Source of the DNA: Bacillota bacterium
Lineage (GTDB): Bacteria > Bacillota > Clostridia > Christensenellales > Christensenellaceae
Reading direction: 5' to 3'
DNA length: 32,000 bases
Assembly: GCA_023408315.1 (NCBI GenBank)
Contig: JAEYKI010000015.1
Location: forward strand, 8,985 to 40,984
This document shows, piece by piece, positions 9,921 to 18,693 of the stretch. Numbering within the stretch: position 1 is the stretch's first letter; every line of letters starts with the position of its first letter. The notes under the pieces were generated by a model. That model did not search any database and had not been told where the DNA came from. It saw nothing but the letters and a program-made list of their open reading frames with translations. The position numbers and the translations under genes were made by a program.

Positions 9921-12632
9921 ATGGAAGACCTTGAAAACCAGCGCCCAGACCCGGATGCTCTGCTCCGGAGTATATGCCGGGAAGAAAAAAGCCGGGCTGG
10001 CAGGCTTAAAATTTTTTTTGGATACTCTGCAGGTGTAGGAAAGACCTATTCCATGCTGGGTGACGCGCATGATCTTTTAAAACACGGCGTAGATGTTATT
10101 GTAGGCTACGTGGAGCCCCATACAAGGCCTGAGACTATGCGGCTTTTGGAAGGGCTTCCCTGTATGCCGCCCCAAGTGCTTCCCTATAAAAACATAGAAC
10201 TGAAAGAATTTGATTTGGATGCAGCATTGAAAAGGCATCCGGAAGTAATCCTGGTGGACGAGCTTGCACATACCAATGCGCCGGGCGCGCGCAACAAAAA
10301 AAGGTATCAGGATGTGGAGGAGCTTTTAAATGCCGGGATTGACGTGTACACAACCGTAAATGTGCAGCACATTGAAAGCCTTATAGATATTGTACAGAAT
10401 ATTACTAATGTAAATGTACGGGAGACTGTTCCGGACTATATATTTGACAACGCGGATAAGGTTGAACTGATTGATATTGGGGCGGACGAACTGCTCCGGC
10501 GTTTCCGGGAGGGCAAGGTTTACAGCCCGGACAGGGCGCGGGCCGCCATGCATAACTTTTTTACAAAAGAAAATTTGCGTCTCCTGCGCGAACTTGCAAT
10601 GCGCAGCACGGCTGACTGGTTGGGAAGCGCAAATCAAAATGAACCGCAAATTGTAGAAAAATCAACAAATATCAAATTACTTGTTTGCATCAGCCCGTCT
10701 CCATCATCAACCAAGTGTATCCGCTGGACAGAACGGACTGCAAAAGCTTTTCATGCGCCGTGGGTCGCGGTATATGTGGAAGACATGCATAGCCATACTC
10801 TGTCAGACGAACAAAAGAAAAACGTCCGTACAAACCTGGACCTGGCGGAACAACTGGGCGCGGAAATAGCCACCCTGAACGGAAACGATATTGCCACGGT
10901 GATAGCCGAATACGCAAAACTTTCGGGGATTACAAACATAGTGGTGGGTAAAAGCAGAAGAAAAAAATCTTTTTGGAGTTATTTTGAAGCTGACCTGGAA
11001 GACAAGCTTATGTCCATGCTATCCACCGTGGAAGTACATATTATACCTGACGCCAGTAACGTTCAAAAGTCGTTCAGGAAACCGCCGAAAGTCAGGCTGG
11101 GCAGGGGCCTGCTTTTTTCCTGGCGCGATTTTTGGATGATGATTGGCATTCTTGCAGCAGCGACTCTTTTATCTGAAGGGCTGCGTGCGCTTACTATTGC
11201 GGACCAGAATATTATAATGGCATATATTTTATCTGTGCTCATTATATCCAGGATTACCACTGGATATCTGTTTGGGATCATTGCTTCCATATTGAGTGTG
11301 CTGGCCTTTAATTTTTTCTTTACGGAGCCGTATTTTACGCTGAACGCATACCAGCCCGGATATCCTGTTACATTTGCGATTATGTTCTTTGTGGCGTTTC
11401 TCACCAGCGCGCTGACTTCCACCGTAAAGGCACAGGCCCTGATTGCTGTTTCCAGGGAGCGGCGGACGGAGGTGCTGTACGAAATAAATAAAAAGTTGCT
11501 TGCCACCAGGGGTATTGAAAATATTGTGGCATTGACAAACGAATACCTTATTGCCTTGTTTGACCGGTCCGTTATTTTTTATGTGGACGATCCGGCAGAC
11601 AGCGCAGCAGAATATTTTGTGCAATCACCGGCTGAGCTGGATGCGTCCGCCATGAAGGGCGAAGATGAGCGTGCTGTTGCGCACTGGGTTTTTGTAAACC
11701 AGAAACGCGCGGGAGCGGGTACGGATACACTGATGGGGGCGATTGCGTTTTATATGCCCGTTATTTCGCAGGGCATTGTTTTAGGCGTGTTTGGCCTTTC
11801 CTGTTTTAAAGGAAAGGTTGACCATAAGGACAGGCTATTTTTACGGATGATCGCTTCGCTTGTCGCTTTGGCTTTGGAACGCCAGGCTTTATCTGACGAG
11901 CAGAGACAGATGACAATCCAGTCCGAAAAAGAAAAGGTGCGCAGCAACCTGCTTCGTGCGATTTCCCATGACTTGCGTACGCCTCTTACCTGTATTTTAG
12001 GCGCAAGCTCGGCAGTGCTTGAAAACGGAGATTCTTTGGATCACGAGACCCGTGACAAGCTAATTGGGGATATTAAGGAAGATTCCCAATGGCTGATTCG
12101 TATGGTGGAAAATATTCTGTCCGTAACCAGGATTGATGAAGGCACAATGAATGTTATAAAAAAACCGGAGGTTGTTGAGGAAATATTGGCGGAGGCTGTA
12201 AGCCGCATCCACAAGCGGTTTGGGAACAGAAAAATATCTGTAAAAGTACCGGATGAGCTATTGATCGTGCCCATGGACGGCACTTTAATAGAGCAGGTTT
12301 TAATCAACCTGATTGAGAATGCAATCAAACATTCACCGGATGATTCAGTTATACATGTTTCCGTTACAAAAAGCGGTCAAGAAGCCGTATTTGAAGTGGT
12401 GGACCACGGGAGCGGGATTGCAGTGGAAGCGCTCCCGCACCTTTTTGAGAATTACATTATGAACGGCGGGCAAAGCCCGGATGCAAGCAGGGGAATGGGA
12501 ATTGGGCTTTCCATTTGTATGTCTATTATAAAGGCGCATCATGGCGGTATGGAGGCGAACAATAATCCGGAGGGTGGAGCGGTGTTTAAATTTACTTTAC
12601 CATTGGAAGAGGAGAGGGAATATGCAGGTTAA
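9921..12632 (+). CDS. kdpD: Full-length sensor histidine kinase KdpD
   Basis: 903 aa; N-terminal KdpD domain with Walker-like GYSAGVGKTYSML, USP-like domain, 4-TM region, kinase core AISHDLRTPLTCILGASS and GHGSGIAVE-type ATPase motifs (DHGSGIAVEALPHLFENY). Confidence 0.97.
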   Translation: MEDLENQRPDPDALLRSICREEKSRAGRLKIFFGYSAGVGKTYSMLGDAHDLLKHGVDVIVGYVEPHTRPETMRLLEGLPCMPPQVLPYKNIELKEFDLDAALKRHPEVILVDELAHTNAPGARNKKRYQDVEELLNAGIDVYTTVNVQHIESLIDIVQNITNVNVRETVPDYIFDNADKVELIDIGADELLRRFREGKVYSPDRARAAMHNFFTKENLRLLRELAMRSTADWLGSANQNEPQIVEKSTNIKLLVCISPSPSSTKCIRWTERTAKAFHAPWVAVYVEDMHSHTLSDEQKKNVRTNLDLAEQLGAEIATLNGNDIATVIAEYAKLSGITNIVVGKSRRKKSFWSYFEADLEDKLMSMLSTVEVHIIPDASNVQKSFRKPPKVRLGRGLLFSWRDFWMMIGILAAATLLSEGLRALTIADQNIIMAYILSVLIISRITTGYLFGIIASILSVLAFNFFFTEPYFTLNAYQPGYPVTFAIMFFVAFLTSALTSTVKAQALIAVSRERRTEVLYEINKKLLATRGIENIVALTNEYLIALFDRSVIFYVDDPADSAAEYFVQSPAELDASAMKGEDERAVAHWVFVNQKRAGAGTDTLMGAIAFYMPVISQGIVLGVFGLSCFKGKVDHKDRLFLRMIASLVALALERQALSDEQRQMTIQSEKEKVRSNLLRAISHDLRTPLTCILGASSAVLENGDSLDHETRDKLIGDIKEDSQWLIRMVENILSVTRIDEGTMNVIKKPEVVEEILAEAVSRIHKRFGNRKISVKVPDELLIVPMDGTLIEQVLINLIENAIKHSPDDSVIHVSVTKSGQEAVFEVVDHGSGIAVEALPHLFENYIMNGGQSPDASRGMGIGLSICMSIIKAHHGGMEANNNPEGGAVFKFTLPLEEEREYAG

Positions 12633-13317
12633 ATCAGTAATTTTGATCGTCGAAGACGAGAGTGGAATCCGCAACTTTATATCTGCAATTCTAGGTTCCA
12701 ATGGTTTCGATGTAATAAAAGCGGAAAAAGGCGTGAATGCAATTTCAATGGTTGCCTCCTACTGTCCGGATGTTGTATTGCTTGACCTGGGGCTGCCGGA
12801 TATGGACGGAATCGAGGTTTTAAAAAGCATCCGCGAGTGGTCAAATGTGCCGGTTATTGTGGTTTCAGCTCGGGAACAGGAACGCGAAAAAGTAGAGGCC
12901 CTGGATTTGGGCGCAGACGATTATATCACGAAACCGTTTGGCACTTCAGAACTTCTGGCAAGGATACGTACAGCCTTGCGCCATAGCCATTCCAATGTGA
13001 GTGCGTCCGGAATCAAGTCAAATAGGGTAGTGATTGACGAATTGGAGATTAACTACGAAAAAAGGCTGGTAAGCCTGGCCGGTGTAGAAGTACACCTAAC
13101 GCCCATAGAATATAAAATTATCGTTTTGCTTTCGGAACATTTGGGCAAAGTTTTGACGCACGATTATATTATAAAGGAAGTCTGGGGACCGCATGTAAAC
13201 GAAGTGCAGGCGCTCAGGGTCAACATGGCTAATATTCGAAGAAAGCTGGAAGTGAATCCGGCTGAACCAAAATATATTCTAACAGAAGTAGGCGTTGGAT
13301 ACAGAATGGTGGAATAA
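12622..13317 (+). CDS. kdpE: Response regulator KdpE (OmpR/PhoB family)
   Basis: MQVKSVILIVEDESGIRNFISAILGS...DVVLLDLGLPDMDGIEVLKSIREWSNVPVIVVSAR...DDYITKPFG, winged-helix C-terminus. The track start at 12541 lies inside kdpD; ATG 12622 overlaps the kdpD stop. Confidence 0.95.
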   Translation: MQVKSVILIVEDESGIRNFISAILGSNGFDVIKAEKGVNAISMVASYCPDVVLLDLGLPDMDGIEVLKSIREWSNVPVIVVSAREQEREKVEALDLGADDYITKPFGTSELLARIRTALRHSHSNVSASGIKSNRVVIDELEINYEKRLVSLAGVEVHLTPIEYKIIVLLSEHLGKVLTHDYIIKEVWGPHVNEVQALRVNMANIRRKLEVNPAEPKYILTEVGVGYRMVE

Positions 13318-13553
13318 AGTTTTATTGTGTCTGTTAAAAATGCCTTTAATAAAAGAAATATTGCTTGATTGTTTTCAAAAAATGTCTACTCATATTTTAA
13401 GATATACTCATAAAACTGATTATTAATTAAATGATTTAATTAATCTCGTTTTTTAATTATTCCTTATTTCAAGCCTTTATATAGATCGTTACGCGAAATT
13501 TTAGGGGAACGAGGTAATATGAGAAATTGATCGCTCGGGGAGCTTTTTAAAAA
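13316..13553. repeat. ~240-bp non-coding dispersed direct repeat, copy B
   Basis: Near-colinear match to 3734..3973; begins on the kdpE stop codon and ends in cgctcggggagcttttt. Confidence 0.85.
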
Positions 13554-13838
13554 CAGAGATAAGTCAGCCGCCCTCGCCTCCGCTATTTACCAAATATCGC
13601 TGATGCATTCAAATAAGCTGCATTGGTGATATCTTTATTAAAGCATATGCATTCTTTTTTGCTAATTTAGTATACATGGTTCCTCATATTTTTTGACAAG
13701 AGGAACGGAAAGCCTACGAATGGAATCATTAATACATTTGGCGATGGAAAAAGCAAGTAATTGCACAGAAAAAAAGAAGAGCAATGAATATCCGTTCATT
13801 ACTCTCTATAGTGTAAGCGCTAAATACCGGGCAAAAGG

Positions 13839-16499
13839 TTAGTGTTTTTTAATTCTCCTTAATAGTAGCTTTACAAATTCAGATATCATAATAACACTAA
13901 ATGAAACCCCAAATATTTTTAGCCACATCATTAAGTCAAGGGGGATTGTCCCGAAAAACGCGCCTGCAAATTGTATAATTACAATTTGCAATACAAAGGT
14001 AATTGAAATAACCAGCAGCATAATCTTATTTTTCAACATATGCCTGAAAATACTGACCGAGTGAAGTTCACGGCAGTTAAAGGCATTAAACAGCTGAAAT
14101 AAAGCAAATAATGTGAAAAGCACGGTGGCCGTTTGTTCTTTTGCCGCTCCCAAAAAATTAAAGGCGTATTGGCATAAAAAGATGATAGAAATATATGCGC
14201 CGACAAGCCCAATCCTTATCAGCATATCCTTGGATACAATATTATCACTACGTTTTGTAGGCGGGCGGCCCATCAGATCATCGTAAATGGGTTCCAGCCC
14301 CAAGGTGAGAGCAGGAGGACCGTCCATGATGATATTGATCCATAAGAGCTGCAAGGCGGTAAAGGGTGCGTTGAATCCCAAAATAATCGATGTGAAAACA
14401 ACGATAACAGAGGACACGTTTACTGTAAGCTGAAATTGAATGAACCGTTTAAAGTTTTCGTAAATACCGCGTCCCCAGGCAACTGCCTTGACAATTGTTG
14501 AAAAGGAGTCATCCAGAAGTACGATATCGCTTGCTTCTTTAGACACTTCAGTACCTGATATGCCCATGGCAATGCCGACATCGGCATTTTTAAGCGCAGG
14601 GGCATCATTGATGCCGTCTCCGGTAACAGCAACCACATTTCCTTGCACCTTTAAAAGTTTGACAATCCGCATTTTTATGGTAGGGGTGCTTCGGGCAATA
14701 ACACTTATTTTTGGAAGCGCCATTAACAATTCATCATCGCTTAAATCTGCGATGTCTTTAGACTCAACAGCGATGCGCTCTCCGGATAAAACATGAAGTT
14801 CGTTGGCAATAGCGGTAGCCGTAACAATATTGTCTCCAGTCAGTATTTTAAGGTCAATACCGGCTAAGCGGCAATTCTTAACGGCTTCATACACATCGGC
14901 GCGCAGAGGATCGGATATGGCAACAAAGCCATCAAAAATCATGTTGGTTTCCATTGTGGCGTGGTGGAGCTCGTTTTCATAGTCCCGCATATCATCCAGT
15001 TCTTTGTGCGCAAAGGCTATTACACGCATGGCTTTTTCCTGCGCCTTTGTAATGTATTGCTCAATCTCGTTCTTTTTGGGAGCCGAAATATCGCACATGG
15101 CGAATACGCATTCAGGACTGCCTTTTACATAGGAGATAATTTTTCCGTCTACTTTGCTGATCGTGGTCATATGCTTCAATTCGGAGGAAAATGGGAAAGC
15201 GTATAATACATCATGCTCTGAACGTTCATCCTTATAGGATTTTCCGCTTTTTTGGCGGGCATCCGAGCGCTCGTAGAAATTTAAAATTGCACATTCTGTG
15301 GGGTTCCCGATAAAAGTACCGTTCTGAGAAATATCCGCAGTTGTGTTGAGGCAGATATTATGAACAATCCAATTGGATGAGAGCTCCGACGGCTTTTCAT
15401 GCCATTTGGTATCAAAGAAGGTCGAAACCGTCATTTTATTCTCGGTCAGTGTACCGGTTTTATCCGAGCATATCACATTGATACACCCAACGGTTTCGGA
15501 TGCAATCATTTTTTTAACCAAGGCGTTTTGACGGGAAAGCTTAATAATATTAAGCGAGAGGGATACGGCCACGATGGTGGGAAGTCCTTCGGGTACGGCG
15601 GCTACGATCAGTACAATGCTGGTGACAAAAGCCTCCAGCACTTCCTCAAATACAAGCCCGCCTGACATGGCAAAAGAGATGATTTCAGTTGTAAAAACAA
15701 TTGCCGCGGCGATTACTCCCAGAATGGTGATTGTTTTGCCGAGCCGCGCTAGTTTTTCCTGAAGCGGTGTGGAAGTTCTCTCCGTTTGAGTAAGTTCCTT
15801 TGCGATTTTTCCGAATTCCGTGCTGTCGCCGACTGCCGTTACCACCATTTTGCAATATCCGCTTGTGATGTAATTTCCCGAATAAAGCATATTAGAGCGA
15901 TCAGCAAGAGGTGTTTTTTCGTCTGCAATGAGAAAGTCGGCATCCTTTTTTGCCGGAACACTTTCGCCGGTCAGCGCGGATTCGTCCGCTGCAAGGCCCA
16001 CGCTTTCCAGCAATCTTCCATCAGCGGGGATTTTGTCTCCTGTAGAGAGAAGCAAAATGTCGCCGACCACGATCTCCTTTTGGCCTATTAAAACCGTATC
16101 ACCGTCACGCAGAACCTTGATAACCATGTCTTCGCTAATTTTTGAAAGAGCCTCGAATGCTTTGGCGCTCTTGCCCTCCATGACAACGGTGATAATGACC
16201 GAAAGCGAAATTGCGGCAAATATGCCGACACATTCCAAGAAGTCCGATTCGCCGCCCGTCGCTGCACGTATAATGTTGACGAAAAGCGCAATGATTCCTG
16301 CCATGATCAGCATCAAGACCATCGGTTCACGGGCGGCCCCTAAAATGCGCTTTGCCAAGGATTCAGGCTTTGCTTTTGTAAGCGTGTTCAGGCCAAATTG
16401 CACTTGGTTCTTAATTGCCTGATCTGTTGTCAGACCGGCAGATGGGCTTGTGTTCAACCGGCGTATCAGATCGTCTTTGGTTTCTAGAAATTCCTGCAA
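13839..16499 (-). CDS. Cation-translocating P-type ATPase (Ca2+/Mn2+ P2A-like)
   Basis: 886 aa; TGDKIPADGRLLES, ADESALTGESVPAKK, VPEGLPTIVAVSLSLNIIKLSRQNALVKKMIASETVG, CSDKTGTLTENKMTV, VTGDGINDAPALKNADVGIAMGISGTEVSKEASDIVLLDD. Confidence 0.93.
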   Translation of the reverse strand: MQEFLETKDDLIRRLNTSPSAGLTTDQAIKNQVQFGLNTLTKAKPESLAKRILGAAREPMVLMLIMAGIIALFVNIIRAATGGESDFLECVGIFAAISLSVIITVVMEGKSAKAFEALSKISEDMVIKVLRDGDTVLIGQKEIVVGDILLLSTGDKIPADGRLLESVGLAADESALTGESVPAKKDADFLIADEKTPLADRSNMLYSGNYITSGYCKMVVTAVGDSTEFGKIAKELTQTERTSTPLQEKLARLGKTITILGVIAAAIVFTTEIISFAMSGGLVFEEVLEAFVTSIVLIVAAVPEGLPTIVAVSLSLNIIKLSRQNALVKKMIASETVGCINVICSDKTGTLTENKMTVSTFFDTKWHEKPSELSSNWIVHNICLNTTADISQNGTFIGNPTECAILNFYERSDARQKSGKSYKDERSEHDVLYAFPFSSELKHMTTISKVDGKIISYVKGSPECVFAMCDISAPKKNEIEQYITKAQEKAMRVIAFAHKELDDMRDYENELHHATMETNMIFDGFVAISDPLRADVYEAVKNCRLAGIDLKILTGDNIVTATAIANELHVLSGERIAVESKDIADLSDDELLMALPKISVIARSTPTIKMRIVKLLKVQGNVVAVTGDGINDAPALKNADVGIAMGISGTEVSKEASDIVLLDDSFSTIVKAVAWGRGIYENFKRFIQFQLTVNVSSVIVVFTSIILGFNAPFTALQLLWINIIMDGPPALTLGLEPIYDDLMGRPPTKRSDNIVSKDMLIRIGLVGAYISIIFLCQYAFNFLGAAKEQTATVLFTLFALFQLFNAFNCRELHSVSIFRHMLKNKIMLLVISITFVLQIVIIQFAGAFFGTIPLDLMMWLKIFGVSFSVIMISEFVKLLLRRIKKH

Positions 16500-16547
16500 T
16501 GCAAATTCCTCCTATTTATAAGATATTCAATGGCTTGTACAAAATAA

Positions 16548-16585
16548 AAGGCTCGTGCATAGTATTACCGCTATACACGAGCCTT
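16548..16585 (-). terminator. Intrinsic-terminator-like hairpin, proximal to the ATPase gene
   Basis: On the minus strand AAGGCTCGTGTATAG-cggtaata-CTATGCACGAGCCTT followed by TTATTTT. Confidence 0.8.
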
Positions 16586-16595
16586 AAAAAATAAA

Positions 16596-16631
16596 AGACT
16601 ATGTACGGCTGTAGAAGCTATACATGAGTCT
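16596..16631 (-). terminator. Intrinsic-terminator-like hairpin overlapping the 3' side of the aptamer P1 stem
   Basis: Minus strand AGACTCATGTA...TACATAGTCT followed by TTTATTTTTT. Confidence 0.7.
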
Positions 16632-16712
16632 CGTTTATTAAGACAAGCCAGACCTTTTACAGTCAGTATGTTGACTTGACACGCAGAATTCTGCGCAAAC
16701 TACTCCCTCACG
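16623..16712 (-). promoter_or_regulatory. yybP-ykoY-type (manganese) riboswitch aptamer candidate
   Basis: Minus strand CGTGAGGGAGTAGTTTGCGCAGAATTCTGCGTGTCAAGTCAACATACTGACTG...GGTCTGGCTTGTCTTAATAAACGAGACTCATG: GGGAGUAG, GUCAACAUACU, GUCUGGC and GAGAC signatures; P1 CGUGAG/CUCAUG can pair; lies directly upstream of a cation ATPase. Confidence 0.75.
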
Positions 16713-16836
16713 AGTATTTCTAATTATATTAAAACTTTATCATGTACTAAGGAGTTTTGTCAAGGTAAAAACAATCTGGCTTTCAATCAGCTTCGGGCTA
16801 ACTATATAGTGAAATTGATAGGGCGAGGGTATTTTA

Positions 16837-16927
16837 GACAGTTTTTTCTGGACAGTCTAATTACCGGGCGGCATTTTTTCTCCTGTTTTTCGCAATATTC
16901 GTTTTCTCCCTGGTTTGGCGTTATAAA
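16837..16927 (-). mobile_element. Relic of the 3' end of the same IS3-type element
   Basis: gacagttttttctggacagtctaattaccgggcggcattttttctcctgttttt..atattcg.tttct.cctg.tttggcgttataaa matches 3.99-4.09 kb; encoded tail ITPNQGENEYCEKQEKKCRPG resembles ITPNQAESEYFEKQEKEKMLPGN. Confidence 0.85.
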
Positions 16928-17046
16928 TGTACAGTGCTTGACCAATCCTATTTTATACAAGTTAGAAAAGTGGCAAAGAGACAATTTTACTGGATATTCA
17001 GAAATATAATACCAAACTACTGCTAGATACAAATTTAAATATCATA

Positions 17047-17088
17047 TTGACATTCTTCGATTTGATAGCATATAATAGCCATATCGAA
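17047..17088 (+). promoter_or_regulatory. Promoter and candidate ArsR operator upstream of arsR-hgcAB
   Basis: TTGACA (17047-17052), 18-bp spacer, TATAAT (17071-17076); imperfect inverted repeat ATTCTTCGAT (17052-17061) / ATCGAATATT (17083-17092) overlapping it. Confidence 0.65.
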
Positions 17089-17111
17089 TATTTTAGATTT
17101 GAGGCTGCGTT

Positions 17112-17447
17112 ATGGAAAATTATATTGAACATACAAAAGTATTTAAGGCGCTGGGCGATCCCAAAAGAGCTATGATAGTTGATATGCTCTCTTGCGGGGA
17201 ACTGTGTGCCTGCAAAATTTTGGAGAAATTCAAATTGTCTCAGTCCACGCTGTCCCACCACATGAAACTTCTATGCGAGTGTGGGTTGGTTAATGGCAGG
17301 GAAGAAGGCAAGTGGACATATTACTCTTTGGATGCGGACACCATCAGCGGGACAAAACAGTTTTTTTGCACTATCACAACCGATAAAGAAAACTGCATTT
17401 GCAAAGGAAATGCTGACTGCTGCAAAGGATGTGATGAAAATGAGTAA
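17112..17447 (+). CDS. arsR: ArsR-family transcriptional repressor with Cys-rich C-terminal tail
   Basis: 111 aa; winged-helix KVFKALGDPKRAMIVDMLSCGELCACKILEKFKLSQSTLSHHMKLLCECGLV; ELCAC resembles the ArsR ELCVC metalloid-binding motif; tail ENCICKGNADCCKGCDENE. Confidence 0.93.
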   Translation: MENYIEHTKVFKALGDPKRAMIVDMLSCGELCACKILEKFKLSQSTLSHHMKLLCECGLVNGREEGKWTYYSLDADTISGTKQFFCTITTDKENCICKGNADCCKGCDENE

Positions 17448-18684
17448 AGAAAAATCGTGCTGCTCTTCTCCCGGCTGCCGACCGGATCAGGCCGCGCATG
17501 AACAGTCGGCAAAAAAAATCAGCTTTTCTGCATCAGCGCAACCTTTAAAAAAAGCTGTGTCAGCAAAGACTATGCTATCTGCTGAAAAAGGCTTGAAACT
17601 GAGTGCGGAAAAAGCATGCTGTTCTTCCAGTTGTAACTGTGACAAAGAGCTTATAACACCATATAAAACAGAGGATACGTGGGTAACGGGCTTGCTCTCC
17701 GCTTCAAAAGGCAAAGTGCCTGTCGTTTCAACCAAGACCGGATTTAAAGACACGCTCGGAGCATGGAAAGTGCGCTGGAACATAGGAAGAATGGATTACA
17801 GAATTAATCCCGGTATTTATGCCGTTGGTTCGCCGGACAATTCATCTCCAGTGCTTGTAAGCGCAAATTATAAATTGACATTTGATACTTTGCGGAAAGA
17901 ACTATCTGGACTTAATTGCTGGCTTTTGATATTGGATACAAAGGGCGTCAACGTCTGGTGCGCCGCAGGAAAAGGCACATTCGGCACTGACGAGCTTATT
18001 AATCGCATATCAAAAACCGGGTTATCTGAAATCGTATCGCACAGAAATCTCATTTTGCCCCAGCTTGGCGCAGTCGGCGTGAGCGCCCATGAAGTTGTAC
18101 GCAAGACCGGTTTTTCAGTTGTATACGGTCCGGTAAGAGCAAAAAACATAAAGGAGTTTATCCATTCCGGTTTCAAAGCAACTGAAGCCATGCGTACTGT
18201 ACGGTTCACGGCAGGGGATAGGCTTGTACTCGCACCCATGGAGCTAGTTGAGGTAGCTAAGCCTTTGTTAATGGTGTTTGGAGCGCTGTTTATACTGAAT
18301 TTGTTTGCGGCAAGGCCTTTTGGCTTTAATGATTTCATCATTGGCGTGGGAGCCGTAATTGCGGGAGCGGTACTAACGCCGCTACTCCTACCGTTTATAC
18401 CAGGCAAGGCGTTTGCGTGGAAAGGCTGGCTTCTTGGAGCTGTTTGGACAGCGGCATATGCAGCTTTAAGCGGATGGCTTGCTCCGGGCAATCTGCTTTT
18501 AGGGCTTGGGTATCTGCTGGTATTGCCAGCCATCTCAGCATATATTGCAATGAATTTCACTGGCTCGTCAACCTATACGTCCTTCTCCGGCGTCATCAAG
18601 GAAATGAAAATCTCGTTGCCGTTCATTATTTCTTTGTCTGTTGTGGGAACCGTGCTGGTGCTGATTAAGGGCTTTTTGGCTTAG
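17440..18684 (+). CDS. hgcA: HgcA, corrinoid-dependent mercury-methylation protein
   Basis: Start ATG 17440 overlaps the arsR stop (atgagtaa). Contains GVNVWCAAGKGTFGTDELINRI, the N(V/I)WCA(A/G)GK cap-helix motif diagnostic of HgcA, CFeSP-like domain, then about 5 TM segments at the C-terminus. Confidence 0.95.
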   Translation: MSKEKSCCSSPGCRPDQAAHEQSAKKISFSASAQPLKKAVSAKTMLSAEKGLKLSAEKACCSSSCNCDKELITPYKTEDTWVTGLLSASKGKVPVVSTKTGFKDTLGAWKVRWNIGRMDYRINPGIYAVGSPDNSSPVLVSANYKLTFDTLRKELSGLNCWLLILDTKGVNVWCAAGKGTFGTDELINRISKTGLSEIVSHRNLILPQLGAVGVSAHEVVRKTGFSVVYGPVRAKNIKEFIHSGFKATEAMRTVRFTAGDRLVLAPMELVEVAKPLLMVFGALFILNLFAARPFGFNDFIIGVGAVIAGAVLTPLLLPFIPGKAFAWKGWLLGAVWTAAYAALSGWLAPGNLLLGLGYLLVLPAISAYIAMNFTGSSTYTSFSGVIKEMKISLPFIISLSVVGTVLVLIKGFLA

Positions 18685-18693
18685 GAGGACGTT

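Noticed and set aside
12541-12621. Upstream start for kdpE in the ORF track
   Set aside because: The extension lies in the kdpD kinase domain coding sequence out of frame; conserved response-regulator N-terminus starts at ATG 12622.
13690-13842. Short frame RGTESLRMESLIHLAMEKASNCTEKKKSNEYPFITLYSVSAKYRAKG between kdpE and the ATPase
   Set aside because: No start codon context or family resemblance; may be a decayed gene fragment but not supportable.
17281-17439. Upstream start for the hgcA ORF in the track
   Set aside because: The first 53 codons overlap arsR out of frame; ATG 17440 gives the typical atgA-type translational coupling.
17868-18560. 230-aa minus-strand ORF
   Set aside because: Antisense to hgcA; low-complexity composition, no motif.
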